From: Deltaproteobacteria bacterium
GTDB taxonomy: Bacteria > Myxococcota > JACRCW01
NCBI GenBank assembly: GCA_016218805.1
Contig: JACRCW010000136.1
Coordinates: forward strand, 49,539 to 69,538
DNA length: 20,000 nucleotides
Reading direction: 5' to 3'
Below the pieces are notes generated by a model. The model did not search any database, was not told the origin of the DNA, and worked only from the letters and a program-made list of their open reading frames with translations. Numbering within the stretch: the stretch's first letter is position 1; every line of letters starts with the position of its first letter. Positions 8,860-16,519 of this stretch are shown here, piece by piece. The position numbers and the translations under genes are program-made.

Positions 8860-9879
8860 ATGCCTGAAAACCCTCACGACGCGCTGTTTCGCCAGACGTT
8901 CTCGGTACCGGAGCAGGCGGCGGGCTTGTTCCGCTCCGTGTTGCCGCCTGCGGTTGTGCAACGGCTGGACCTTGCCACCCTGACGGCGCTGCAGGACAGC
9001 TTTGTGGACGCCGCGCTGAAGGACCGCGAGACTGACCTGTTGTTCTCGGTCGCGCTCGCGGGCCGGCCTGCGCTCATCTACCTGTTGCTGGAGCACCAGA
9101 GCACCGTGGACGCGCGCATGCCGTTCCGGTTGCTGCGGTACATGGTGCTGGCCTGGGAGGCGTTCCTGGCGCGCGAGCCCAAGGCGACGCGGCTGCCCGC
9201 CATCATCCCCGTGGTGGTTCACCACAGCCGCGCCGGATGGACGGCGCCGCGGTCGCTGCAGGGGCTGCTGGATGTGGACGCCGCGACGTTGGCGGCCGTG
9301 GGGGAGCACGTGGTGCGCTTCACCATGGTGCTGGATGACCTCGGGGCGGTGGATGACGCGGCATTGCAGTCTCGCGCGTTGGCGGCGTTGGGGCGGCTGG
9401 TGTTGCTGTGTCTCAAGCACGCGCGGGATGCTCAGGACCTGGGCCAGCATCTGGTGCGGTGGGCGGCCCTGGTGCATCAGGTGCTCGCCACCCCACATGG
9501 TCAGGCGGCCCTTGTCAGCGTGCTGCGCTATGCTCTGGCGGTGAACAATCAGACGTCTGCCCAGGAGCTGCGGAGACGCGTGGCGGAGTTGGGCCCAAAA
9601 GCGGAGGCATCCATGGTCACGGCGGCCGACCTGTTGCGGCAGGAAGGAAGGAAACAGGGGTTGGAGCAGGGGTTGGAGCAGGGGCGGCGCGCCGTGTTGC
9701 GGGAGCTGCTGGCGGACCGGTTTGGTGAGCTGCCTGCCAAGGCGGAGCGTCACCTCCAATCCGCCGACGAAGCCGAGTTGAGAGCGATGGCCCACCGCGT
9801 GCTCACCGCCGCGTCCCTGGCGGAGGTTCTGCAGGGTCGGTCCGGCGCGCCGGGCAAGGGAAGGCGGCGTCGCCTGTAG
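8860..9879 (+). CDS. Rpn family recombination-promoting nuclease / YhgA-like putative transposase (PD-(D/E)XK)
   Basis: NPHDALFR, DSFVD, ETDLLFSV, YLLLEHQS, MPFRLLRY, LPAIIPVV, followed by M-x-T-x-A-x-x-L-R-Q-E-G and GLEQ repeats. Confidence 0.92.
   Translation: MPENPHDALFRQTFSVPEQAAGLFRSVLPPAVVQRLDLATLTALQDSFVDAALKDRETDLLFSVALAGRPALIYLLLEHQSTVDARMPFRLLRYMVLAWEAFLAREPKATRLPAIIPVVVHHSRAGWTAPRSLQGLLDVDAATLAAVGEHVVRFTMVLDDLGAVDDAALQSRALAALGRLVLLCLKHARDAQDLGQHLVRWAALVHQVLATPHGQAALVSVLRYALAVNNQTSAQELRRRVAELGPKAEASMVTAADLLRQEGRKQGLEQGLEQGRRAVLRELLADRFGELPAKAERHLQSADEAELRAMAHRVLTAASLAEVLQGRSGAPGKGRRRRL
9613..9879 (+). CDS. Putative internally translated RpnS antitoxin (C-terminal 88 aa of Rpn)
   Basis: In-frame ATG at 9613 preceded by GGAGG (9603-9607). 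Begins MVTAADLLRQEG, like the MTIAERLRQEG-type start of enterobacterial RpnS. Confidence 0.6.
   Translation: MVTAADLLRQEGRKQGLEQGLEQGRRAVLRELLADRFGELPAKAERHLQSADEAELRAMAHRVLTAASLAEVLQGRSGAPGKGRRRRL
9655..9684 (+). repeat. Coding 12-bp tandem repeat (CAGGGGTTGGAG x2.5; QGLE repeat)
   Basis: caggggttggag caggggttggag cagggg, the typical EQG repeat of Rpn C-termini. Confidence 0.8.
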
Positions 9880-9943
9880 CACCGGCCGGCTTGACGGGTG
9901 GCGATGCGCCACCGTAACGCTCGGCGCATCACCGGAGTTGCCC

Positions 9944-10441
9944 GTGCGCTGCCCCTTCTGCCGGAGCCTGGATAACCACGTTGTTGACAGCCGCACCACG
10001 GAGGACGGCGGAGCCATCCGCCGCCGCCGCCAGTGCCACGGCTGCCAGAAGCGCTACACGTCCTATGAGCGCGTGGAGGAGGTGCTTCCCGTGGTGGTCA
10101 AGCGGGACGGCCGCCGCGAGCCCTTTGACCGGCGCAAGCTGCAGGCGGGCCTCACCCGCGCGTGTGAAAAGCGCCCGGTGGGGACGCTGGCGGTGGACCG
10201 CGTGGTGGAGAAGCTGGAGCGCCGGCTGGTGGAGGACGGGGACCGGGAGGTCAGCTCCGTCACCCTGGGCGAATGGGTGATGGAGCACCTGCGCGAACTG
10301 GACGAGGTGGCCTACGTGCGGTTTGCCTCCGTGTACCGCAGCTTTGCCGACGTGACGGAGTTCACCGCGGAGGTGGAGCGCCTGCGCCGGGAGGCCTCCG
10401 TTCCGCCGCCGCCGCGGCCGCCCAAGGTGGCGGACGCATGA
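9944..10441 (+). CDS. nrdR: Transcriptional repressor NrdR
   Basis: MRCPFC, VVDSR, IRRRRQCHGCQKRYTSYER, VVKRDGRREPFDR, ACEKRPV and LDEVAYVRFASVYRSF. GTG start with GGAG RBS at 9934-9937. Confidence 0.97.
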   Translation: MRCPFCRSLDNHVVDSRTTEDGGAIRRRRQCHGCQKRYTSYERVEEVLPVVVKRDGRREPFDRRKLQAGLTRACEKRPVGTLAVDRVVEKLERRLVEDGDREVSSVTLGEWVMEHLRELDEVAYVRFASVYRSFADVTEFTAEVERLRREASVPPPPRPPKVADA

Positions 10442-11574
10442 GCGGGCCGCTCCGGGCCGACCATCCGCGGCACCGGGAGCTGATGCAGGTCGCGTTGAGG
10501 CGGGCGGTGCGCGCGCTTGGCCGCACGCGCCCCAACCCGTGCGTGGGCGCCGTGGTGGCGCGGGACGGGCACATCCTGTCCGTGGGCCACCACGCGCGCG
10601 CCGGCACCGCCCACGCGGAGGTCATTGCGCTGCGGAAAGCCGGTCCAGCCGCGCGCGGCGCAGACCTGTACGTGACCCTGGAGCCGTGCAACCACCACGG
10701 CCGCACGCCGCCGTGCACGGACGCGGTCCTGCAGGCGGGAATCGCCCGGGCGTTTGTTGCCATCCCGGACGACAACCCACGTGTGACCGGGGGAGGGATT
10801 GCCCGGTTGCGCGCGGCGGGCGTGGAAGTGCACGTGGGCCTGTTGGCCGGGCCAGCGCGGGACCTGGTCAGCGGCTTCTTCATGCGATGCGCAGCGGACC
10901 GGCCGGAGGTCATCCTCAAGGCCGCGGTTTCTGTCGACGGGCGCCTGGCCACCGCCGCGGGTCAGAGCGCGGGCTTGTCCGGCCCACGCGCGCACGCCTG
11001 GCTGCACCGGCTGCGGGACCGCGTGGATGGGATCCTCGTCGGCGCGGGCACCGTGGCGGCGGACAGCCCGCGGCTCACCGCGCGGCGCCCACCGCTGGGC
11101 GCCCGCGGCCGGCGTGACTGGGTGCGCATCATCGTGGACTCCGCGCTGCGCACCGCCGGAAACCCGGGTGTGTGGTCGGATCCGTCGGCTCCCGCACCCT
11201 GGTTTCTGTGCGCTGTGGATGCGCCGCAGGATGCCGTGGACGCACTGCGTACGCGCGGTGCCACCGTGCACGCTGTGCCGCGGACCGCGCGCGGTCTGGA
11301 CCTGCGCCAGGCCCTGGGCTGGCTGGGCGCACAGGGCCTCACACGCCTGCTGGTTGAAGGCGGCGCGCAGATCCACGGCAGCCTGCTGGCGGACCGCTTG
11401 GCGGATCGGGTGGCGCTGGTGGTCACGCCGCGCCTGTTGGGGGATTCCGCTGTGCCCATGGCACGTTGGAGCGGCCCGGACCAGTTGGACCACACCATTG
11501 TGCTGGAACATCCCACTTGGCGCCGCCTCGGCGAAGACACACTCTTGGAAGGGATGGTCCGATATCGAGAATGA
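10438..11574 (+). CDS. ribD: Bifunctional riboflavin biosynthesis deaminase/reductase RibD
   Basis: PNPCVGAV, HAE, TLEPCNHHGRTPPC, LKAAVSVDG, ILVGAGTV, PRLTAR and LLVEGG. ATGA overlap with nrdR. Confidence 0.95.
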   Translation: MSGPLRADHPRHRELMQVALRRAVRALGRTRPNPCVGAVVARDGHILSVGHHARAGTAHAEVIALRKAGPAARGADLYVTLEPCNHHGRTPPCTDAVLQAGIARAFVAIPDDNPRVTGGGIARLRAAGVEVHVGLLAGPARDLVSGFFMRCAADRPEVILKAAVSVDGRLATAAGQSAGLSGPRAHAWLHRLRDRVDGILVGAGTVAADSPRLTARRPPLGARGRRDWVRIIVDSALRTAGNPGVWSDPSAPAPWFLCAVDAPQDAVDALRTRGATVHAVPRTARGLDLRQALGWLGAQGLTRLLVEGGAQIHGSLLADRLADRVALVVTPRLLGDSAVPMARWSGPDQLDHTIVLEHPTWRRLGEDTLLEGMVRYRE

Positions 11575-11722
11575 AACCACGGCGACGCGTCACTCCCTGA
11601 CAGCGTTGCCGCAGGCAGAGCAGGAGGTGGGCAGCAGTAGGACGTCATGGCGCACCGCAGAATGGCCGCAGGCATCACACAGTCCGTTTTTGCCACTCCA
11701 CGTGCAGCCGGGTAAGAATGAA

Positions 11723-11738
11723 TGGCGTGGTTGGTGCG
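11723..11738 (+). promoter_or_regulatory. Candidate sigma54 (-24/-12) promoter for the 71-aa ORF
   Basis: TGGCGTGGTTGGTGCG has GG-N10-GC spacing and is a partial match to TGGCACG-N4-TTGC. Confidence 0.4.
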
Positions 11739-11826
11739 TACAAGAGAAGGAGGGCACGAATTGAGGCCTGGCTGGGAATCGGGAGACGCGCTGGGTCGTT
11801 GGAAGGGGTGAGGGCAGGAGGATGTC

Positions 11827-12042
11827 ATGTTGAGCGTGGAGGTCATTGACGCGTTGAGGCGCGAGGAAGAGCAGCGGCGCGAGGAAGCTGAGCGCTCCAT
11901 CGTGCGTGTCCCCGTGGACAGGCCTGAGGAGCAGGAGCGTCCCCGCGAAGAGGCCGCCGCATCCGAACAGCCCAGCCGTGGGGTGCTCGTCTTGGACATG
12001 AGCCGGGATGACACCGAAGAGTTCCGCATCGCCTCCTGGTGA
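11827..12042 (+). CDS. Small charged hypothetical protein (71 aa)
   Basis: Strong AGGAGG RBS just upstream and GC-rich third codon positions. Glu/Arg-rich helix, then RGVLVLDM. Confidence 0.75.
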   Translation: MLSVEVIDALRREEEQRREEAERSIVRVPVDRPEEQERPREEAAASEQPSRGVLVLDMSRDDTEEFRIASW

Positions 12043-12056
12043 AGGGCGACGCGGAT

Positions 12057-12072
12057 TGGCAGCCAGGTTGCG
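12057..12072 (+). promoter_or_regulatory. Candidate sigma54 (-24/-12) promoter upstream of the ECF operon
   Basis: TGGCAGCCAGGTTGCG is a near-consensus match to TGGCAC-N5-TTGC, in intergenic DNA and in the correct orientation. Confidence 0.5.
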
Positions 12073-12345
12073 CGTTTGATCGCGCGGGTTGTCGTCGCCT
12101 CAGAAATCCCCGCTGACCTCCGCAAGGCGCCCCCAGGGCGCCTTGTTCCGTTCCGGGGGCCCGCACGCCCACGTTCCAGCGCAAACGGTTCGCGGTGTGA
12201 AATGCGACCCCGCGGCCTGCGGCTGTTATGGTCCGGCTCCCATCAAGGGGGGCGTGCGCGGGATCACGGGCCGGGGTTTCGGCCTGCGGCGGCGACGGGG
12301 TCAGTCTTCTGGCAGCAGGAGACGGACCGTGAGGGCGTGGAAGCC

Positions 12346-12873
12346 GTGACGGACCAGGAGCTCCTCAGGAAGCTGTACGAAGCGTACGGGGCCACCGTCT
12401 ACCGCCGGTGCGTCTACCTGCTGCGTAACGACGAGGACGCACGGGACGCCATGCACGACGTGTTCATCAAGGTGTCAAGAAGTCTGGACCAGTTCCGCGG
12501 GGAAGCCAGCCCGCTCACCTGGATCACGCGGATTGCCACCAACCACTGCCTGAACATCATCCGGGCCCGCAAGGCAGCGTGGCACGAACAGTTCCGACGG
12601 TTCGTGGAGCACAAGGCCCAGGAGAATGGTCCGTCCCAGCGGCTGGTGGACAGAAACCAGTTTGTCCAGGTGGTGTTGGCGCTGTGCGACAAGGAAACGC
12701 AGGAAGCCGCCATCTACTACTTTGTGGACGAGATGACGCAGGAGGAAGTTGCCGGCGTCCTGGGTATTTCCGTCCCCACGCTGCGAAAGCGCCTGCGGAG
12801 CTTCATCGACACCGCGCGGCGCGAGCTCCTCAAGATTGACCCGGACCTGAGGCTCCGGGCCGCGCCCATCTGA
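12346..12873 (+). CDS. ECF-family RNA polymerase sigma factor
   Basis: Region 2 (LYEAYG..DARDAMHDVF..FRGEASPLTWITRIATNHCLN) and region 4 (MTQEEVAGVLGISVPTLRKRL). GTG start at 12346, alternatively 12337. Confidence 0.93.
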   Translation: MTDQELLRKLYEAYGATVYRRCVYLLRNDEDARDAMHDVFIKVSRSLDQFRGEASPLTWITRIATNHCLNIIRARKAAWHEQFRRFVEHKAQENGPSQRLVDRNQFVQVVLALCDKETQEAAIYYFVDEMTQEEVAGVLGISVPTLRKRLRSFIDTARRELLKIDPDLRLRAAPI

Positions 12874-12882
12874 GGAGGAACC

Positions 12883-13704
12883 ATGGAACCCCTCGAATTC
12901 GATCTGGCCGACCCGGCGGTTCCTCCTTGCGGGCGCACCCGTCACACGCTGCGCCGCCACTTTGCCGGCGAGCTGGACGCCGCCGCCCGGGCGGACCTGG
13001 ACAATCACTTGAAGGAATGCCTGGACTGCCAAGCCGTGCTTGCAGAATTGAAGAGCGATGAAGCGGCCTTCAAGGTGCACATCCCGTTTGCCCGGTTTGC
13101 GGACCAGCATGAGAAGCGGCTGGCGGCGGCAAGCCCGGTTCGCACGGGGCTCTCCAACTTCTGGAAGACGGTCTTTGGCGGCGGGGTTGCGCTGGCCGCG
13201 GCCATGACCGCGGCGGCGTTTCTCCTCATCCCGGCACCCCGCCCCGAAGACCAGCTCACGGAACGCATCAAGGGCGGCGGCATTGGCTTCCTGTTGCGCA
13301 CCTCAGACGGCGTGCGTGCCGGGCGGGACGGCGAAACGCTCAAGCCGGGCGACCAGATCCAGTTCTTTGTGAAAGCGCCGGAAGACACGGAGGTCGTCGT
13401 CGTCGGCGTGGATGGGAAGGGTGCGGTGAGCGTGTACCACGTGGGCCGCGTGGTGGCGGTGGACGGGCGCGCGGCACCGCTGCCGGACAGCGTGGTGCTG
13501 GATGATGCGGTGGGACCGGAGCGGTTCTTTGCCGTGTACGGGCGCGGGTTTGCGGCGGGTGAGCTCAAGGCGCTGGTGCAGAAGGCGGCGGAGAAGATGG
13601 TGGCTGACGGGGCGGACCTGCGGGCGGTGGAGACGCTGCCGCTGGACCTTCCGGCGGACAAGGCGCAGCAGAGCAGTGTCCACATTGTGAAGCTTGCCCG
13701 GTGA
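12883..13704 (+). CDS. Zinc-binding (ZAS/zf-HC2) transmembrane anti-sigma factor with a C-terminal beta-sandwich (DUF4384-like) domain
   Basis: GAGGAGGA RBS, HLKECLDC (HxxxCxxC), TM helix GGGVALAAAMTAAAFLLIP, then LKPGDQIQFFV..VVVVGVDGKGAVSVY..LDDAVGPERFFAV. The DUF4384 call is from recalled pattern only. Confidence 0.85.
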   Translation: MEPLEFDLADPAVPPCGRTRHTLRRHFAGELDAAARADLDNHLKECLDCQAVLAELKSDEAAFKVHIPFARFADQHEKRLAAASPVRTGLSNFWKTVFGGGVALAAAMTAAAFLLIPAPRPEDQLTERIKGGGIGFLLRTSDGVRAGRDGETLKPGDQIQFFVKAPEDTEVVVVGVDGKGAVSVYHVGRVVAVDGRAAPLPDSVVLDDAVGPERFFAVYGRGFAAGELKALVQKAAEKMVADGADLRAVETLPLDLPADKAQQSSVHIVKLAR

Positions 13705-13707
13705 CCC

Positions 13708-15438
13708 ATGGCGGCCGTGGGCACAGCGGGCGCGCGGGCAGGGCCAGGTGGGTGCTGGCTGCTGGCGCTGGTGATGACGGGGTGGGTGCTGCCGGCCACG
13801 GCCCGGGCAGACGTGGTGCGGCGCGCGCTGCTCATCTCACACGCGGACGGCGGCAAGGGCCTGCAGAAGCTGCGTTACGCGGACCGCGATGTTGCCAAGG
13901 TCAAGGACACGCTGGTGGACCTGGGCGGCTTCCTCCCCGGCGACGTGGACGTGGCCAAGGACGAGGACAGCCCGGGCGTGCTGCGCCGGCTGGCGGTCAT
14001 TGAGGAGCGGATCCGATCCGACAAGGCGGCGGGGCGGGAGACGCTGCTGCTGGTCTACTATTCGGGCCATTCCAAGGACGGGTTCCTGCGGTTGGGCGCC
14101 ACGCGCCTGGACCTGGACCTGCTGCGCGGCCTGCTGCAGGACAGCGGCGCGGATGTGCGCATTGCGGTGCTGGACAGCTGCGGCGCCGGTGAACTCACGC
14201 GCGAAAAAGGCGGCTCCCGCGCCCCGCCGCTCGTCGTCAGCGTGGATGACGCGCTCACCGCGCGCGGCCAGGTGATCATTGCATCGTCGTCCGAGACGGA
14301 GGCCAGCCAGGAGTCCGACGAGATCCAGGGATCCTTTTTCACGCATTACTGGGTCAGCGGGCTGCGCGGGGACGCGGACCGCAGCGGCGATGGGCGGGTC
14401 ACCCTGGAGGAGGCGTATGCCTACGCGTACGAACGCACCGTCTCCGCCACCCTGCACACGCGGGCCGGCATCCAGCATCCCACCTACCGGTACAACCTGC
14501 GCGGCGCGGGTGACGTCGTGCTGGCCAACCTGCGCGGCATCAGTTCAGGCGTGACGCTGCCGGAGGAGCTGGCGGGGCGGTTTGTGGTGTTTGACATGGA
14601 GCGGCAGCGCGTGGTGGCGGAGGTGGACAAGGCGCGCGGCAAGTCACTCCGGATTGCAGTGAAAGGCGGGACCTACGCCATCAAGAAGCGCGAGTCCGAC
14701 CACCTGCTCATGCAGCGCGTGAAAGTGGGCGGTGACGACGAGGTGGAGGTGGACCCCGCGCGCATGGAGAAGATCTCGTTTGACCGCGATTATGCCAAGG
14801 GCCCCATTGTGGAACTGGAGAGCGCGGGGCCGGGGCACGGGTTGTTCGGGTTTTCCTTCAGCGGCGGCGTGGGCGCACAGGCCTTCTATGACCTGCAACT
14901 GACCACGGGGTCCGGCGGTTCCACCACGGCCATCCCGGACAACAAGCTGCCGGAGCCCTTCAACCGCCTGCTGACGCGCCCCACCTTCCCCGCCACGCCC
15001 ATTGCCACCATTCAGCTTCGCTACCACGGGCTGTTCAACCGGCACTTCCTGCTGGGCGCGGACGTCAACTTTGGCCTGCTGAACTACAAGCTGTTGGTCA
15101 CCAACGGCGGTGAGGTCATCCCGTTTCACGCGCGGTTCTTCATGGCGGACCTGGGGTTTGCCCCCATGTTTGAACAGGAAATCTGGTGGTTCCGCGTTGC
15201 CGTGGGCCCGCGCATCTCCACGCTGTTCACCTGGCGGTACATCCTGTCGGATGCGCCCGTGCACCACCAGTTCTACCTCAACCTCGCACCCGGCGTGGCC
15301 GGGTACGCGGGCGTGGATATCCTGCGTTTCCTGCACCTGGAGCTGGGCTTCAGGGGCAACCTGAGCGTGTTCGCCATCGACGGGTTCAAGGCCATTGGCT
15401 ACGGTTCCGTCACGCTGGCTGCGCACGCCGACCTGTGA
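13708..15438 (+). CDS. Exported caspase-like (peptidase C14) protease with an EF-hand loop and a predicted C-terminal outer-membrane beta-barrel
   Basis: Signal peptide ending ATARA, RRALLI, LRYADRD, catalytic YYSGH (H121) and VLDSC (C158), GSFFTH, IQHP. The C-terminal ~200 aa has about eight amphipathic aromatic-rich strands. Confidence 0.88.
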   Translation: MAAVGTAGARAGPGGCWLLALVMTGWVLPATARADVVRRALLISHADGGKGLQKLRYADRDVAKVKDTLVDLGGFLPGDVDVAKDEDSPGVLRRLAVIEERIRSDKAAGRETLLLVYYSGHSKDGFLRLGATRLDLDLLRGLLQDSGADVRIAVLDSCGAGELTREKGGSRAPPLVVSVDDALTARGQVIIASSSETEASQESDEIQGSFFTHYWVSGLRGDADRSGDGRVTLEEAYAYAYERTVSATLHTRAGIQHPTYRYNLRGAGDVVLANLRGISSGVTLPEELAGRFVVFDMERQRVVAEVDKARGKSLRIAVKGGTYAIKKRESDHLLMQRVKVGGDDEVEVDPARMEKISFDRDYAKGPIVELESAGPGHGLFGFSFSGGVGAQAFYDLQLTTGSGGSTTAIPDNKLPEPFNRLLTRPTFPATPIATIQLRYHGLFNRHFLLGADVNFGLLNYKLLVTNGGEVIPFHARFFMADLGFAPMFEQEIWWFRVAVGPRISTLFTWRYILSDAPVHHQFYLNLAPGVAGYAGVDILRFLHLELGFRGNLSVFAIDGFKAIGYGSVTLAAHADL

Positions 15439-15493
15439 GGACCGCGCCGTGAAGAGCCTTCCTGTTTCCAGTGCGCGCCGGGTCGATAGGTCA

Positions 15494-16519
15494 ATGAGAC
15501 TGGTGGCGTTCCTTCTGTTGGCCGGGCTGACCGCGTGCAACTGGTCAGACGAAGACCTGCTGTTCCCGCGCCGCATCCCGGGAGACGCGGTGCACCTGCG
15601 GGTGCCCGGCGCGGACTACTACGAGTCCCTCACCGGCCAGGCGCTGCAGGGCCTCAACGCGTGCGACCGCGGCGATGCCAAGGACATCATCAGCTGCCAG
15701 GCGCGGGCCGTGGCGGGGATGCTCAACACGGTGACGTTCCAGCTCATTGGCCTGGTGAACAAGGTGATGGAGGCCCGGCCGTCCAAGACGCGTGCGGGCG
15801 TGCGCGTGTGGGGCCCCTGGTACGACGACGCCGAGGACCGCACCATCCGGTTTGAGCTGCGGCGTGATGCCAACGTGGGGGAGGGCGGGTTCCGCTACTG
15901 CGCGCACCTGGCCAGGGGGCGCAAGCAGGGGCCGTTTGTGGACCGCAACGTGGCCTGCGGGCGGGATGCGGATGGGTTTGTGGAGGTGTTTTCGGGGACG
16001 TTTTCACTGGAGGATGCGCGCGGGAATGACGTGGAGCGCAGCCTGGGCACCATGGACCTCAACCTCTCCAAGCAGCAGCGCGAAGGGCTCAATGACCGCC
16101 TGCGCCCGCTACAAAAGGGTCACTTTGTCTTCACGTACGACACCACGGGTGGCCAGCAGACCATTGGCATTGACTTGAGCGAGGTGGTGGACGACGACAC
16201 CGGGCTGCCGGCGAGCGCGCGGTACACCTACCACCGCGACGCGGCCGGGGCCGGGCTGATGACGCTGAGCCTGGAGATGGTGGGGCGGCTCTCGCAGGTG
16301 GACCTGCTGGCGCGGTGGAACGCGGTGGGCGCGCTGCGGGTGGATGCGCACGGGCAGGACGGAGTCACAGTGGACGTGCGCGGGTGGGAGTGTTCGGACG
16401 TGGACGGGGAGTTTGTGGGGAGGCATTACCAGTGGGATGCATCCCGGGACCTTCCCGTGGGCAACCCGAGTGAAGCGCAATGCGCGACGGACCTGCCGCC
16501 GACGCCCCCGGGGTGGTGA
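15494..16519 (+). CDS. Hypothetical beta-rich lipoprotein
   Basis: MRLVAFLLLAGLTAC lipobox (Cys15). Six further Cys residues and many predicted beta-strands. Confidence 0.8.
   Translation: MRLVAFLLLAGLTACNWSDEDLLFPRRIPGDAVHLRVPGADYYESLTGQALQGLNACDRGDAKDIISCQARAVAGMLNTVTFQLIGLVNKVMEARPSKTRAGVRVWGPWYDDAEDRTIRFELRRDANVGEGGFRYCAHLARGRKQGPFVDRNVACGRDADGFVEVFSGTFSLEDARGNDVERSLGTMDLNLSKQQREGLNDRLRPLQKGHFVFTYDTTGGQQTIGIDLSEVVDDDTGLPASARYTYHRDAAGAGLMTLSLEMVGRLSQVDLLARWNAVGALRVDAHGQDGVTVDVRGWECSDVDGEFVGRHYQWDASRDLPVGNPSEAQCATDLPPTPPGW

Noticed and set aside
9655..9684. Direct repeats as a possible CRISPR array
   Set aside because: A 12-bp in-frame coding repeat with no spacers. No CRISPR array or cas gene was seen in the window.
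8813..9890. Rpn gene as an insertion sequence
   Set aside because: No terminal inverted repeats or target duplication found by eye, and the family is not shown to transpose.
9880..9943. NrdR box or FMN riboswitch upstream of nrdR-ribD
   Set aside because: No AT-rich NrdR palindrome, and the region is too short and lacks RFN conserved segments.
12076..12345. 90-aa N-terminal extension of the ECF sigma factor
   Set aside because: TTG start without an RBS and a non-globular sequence. Sigma homology begins near 12346.
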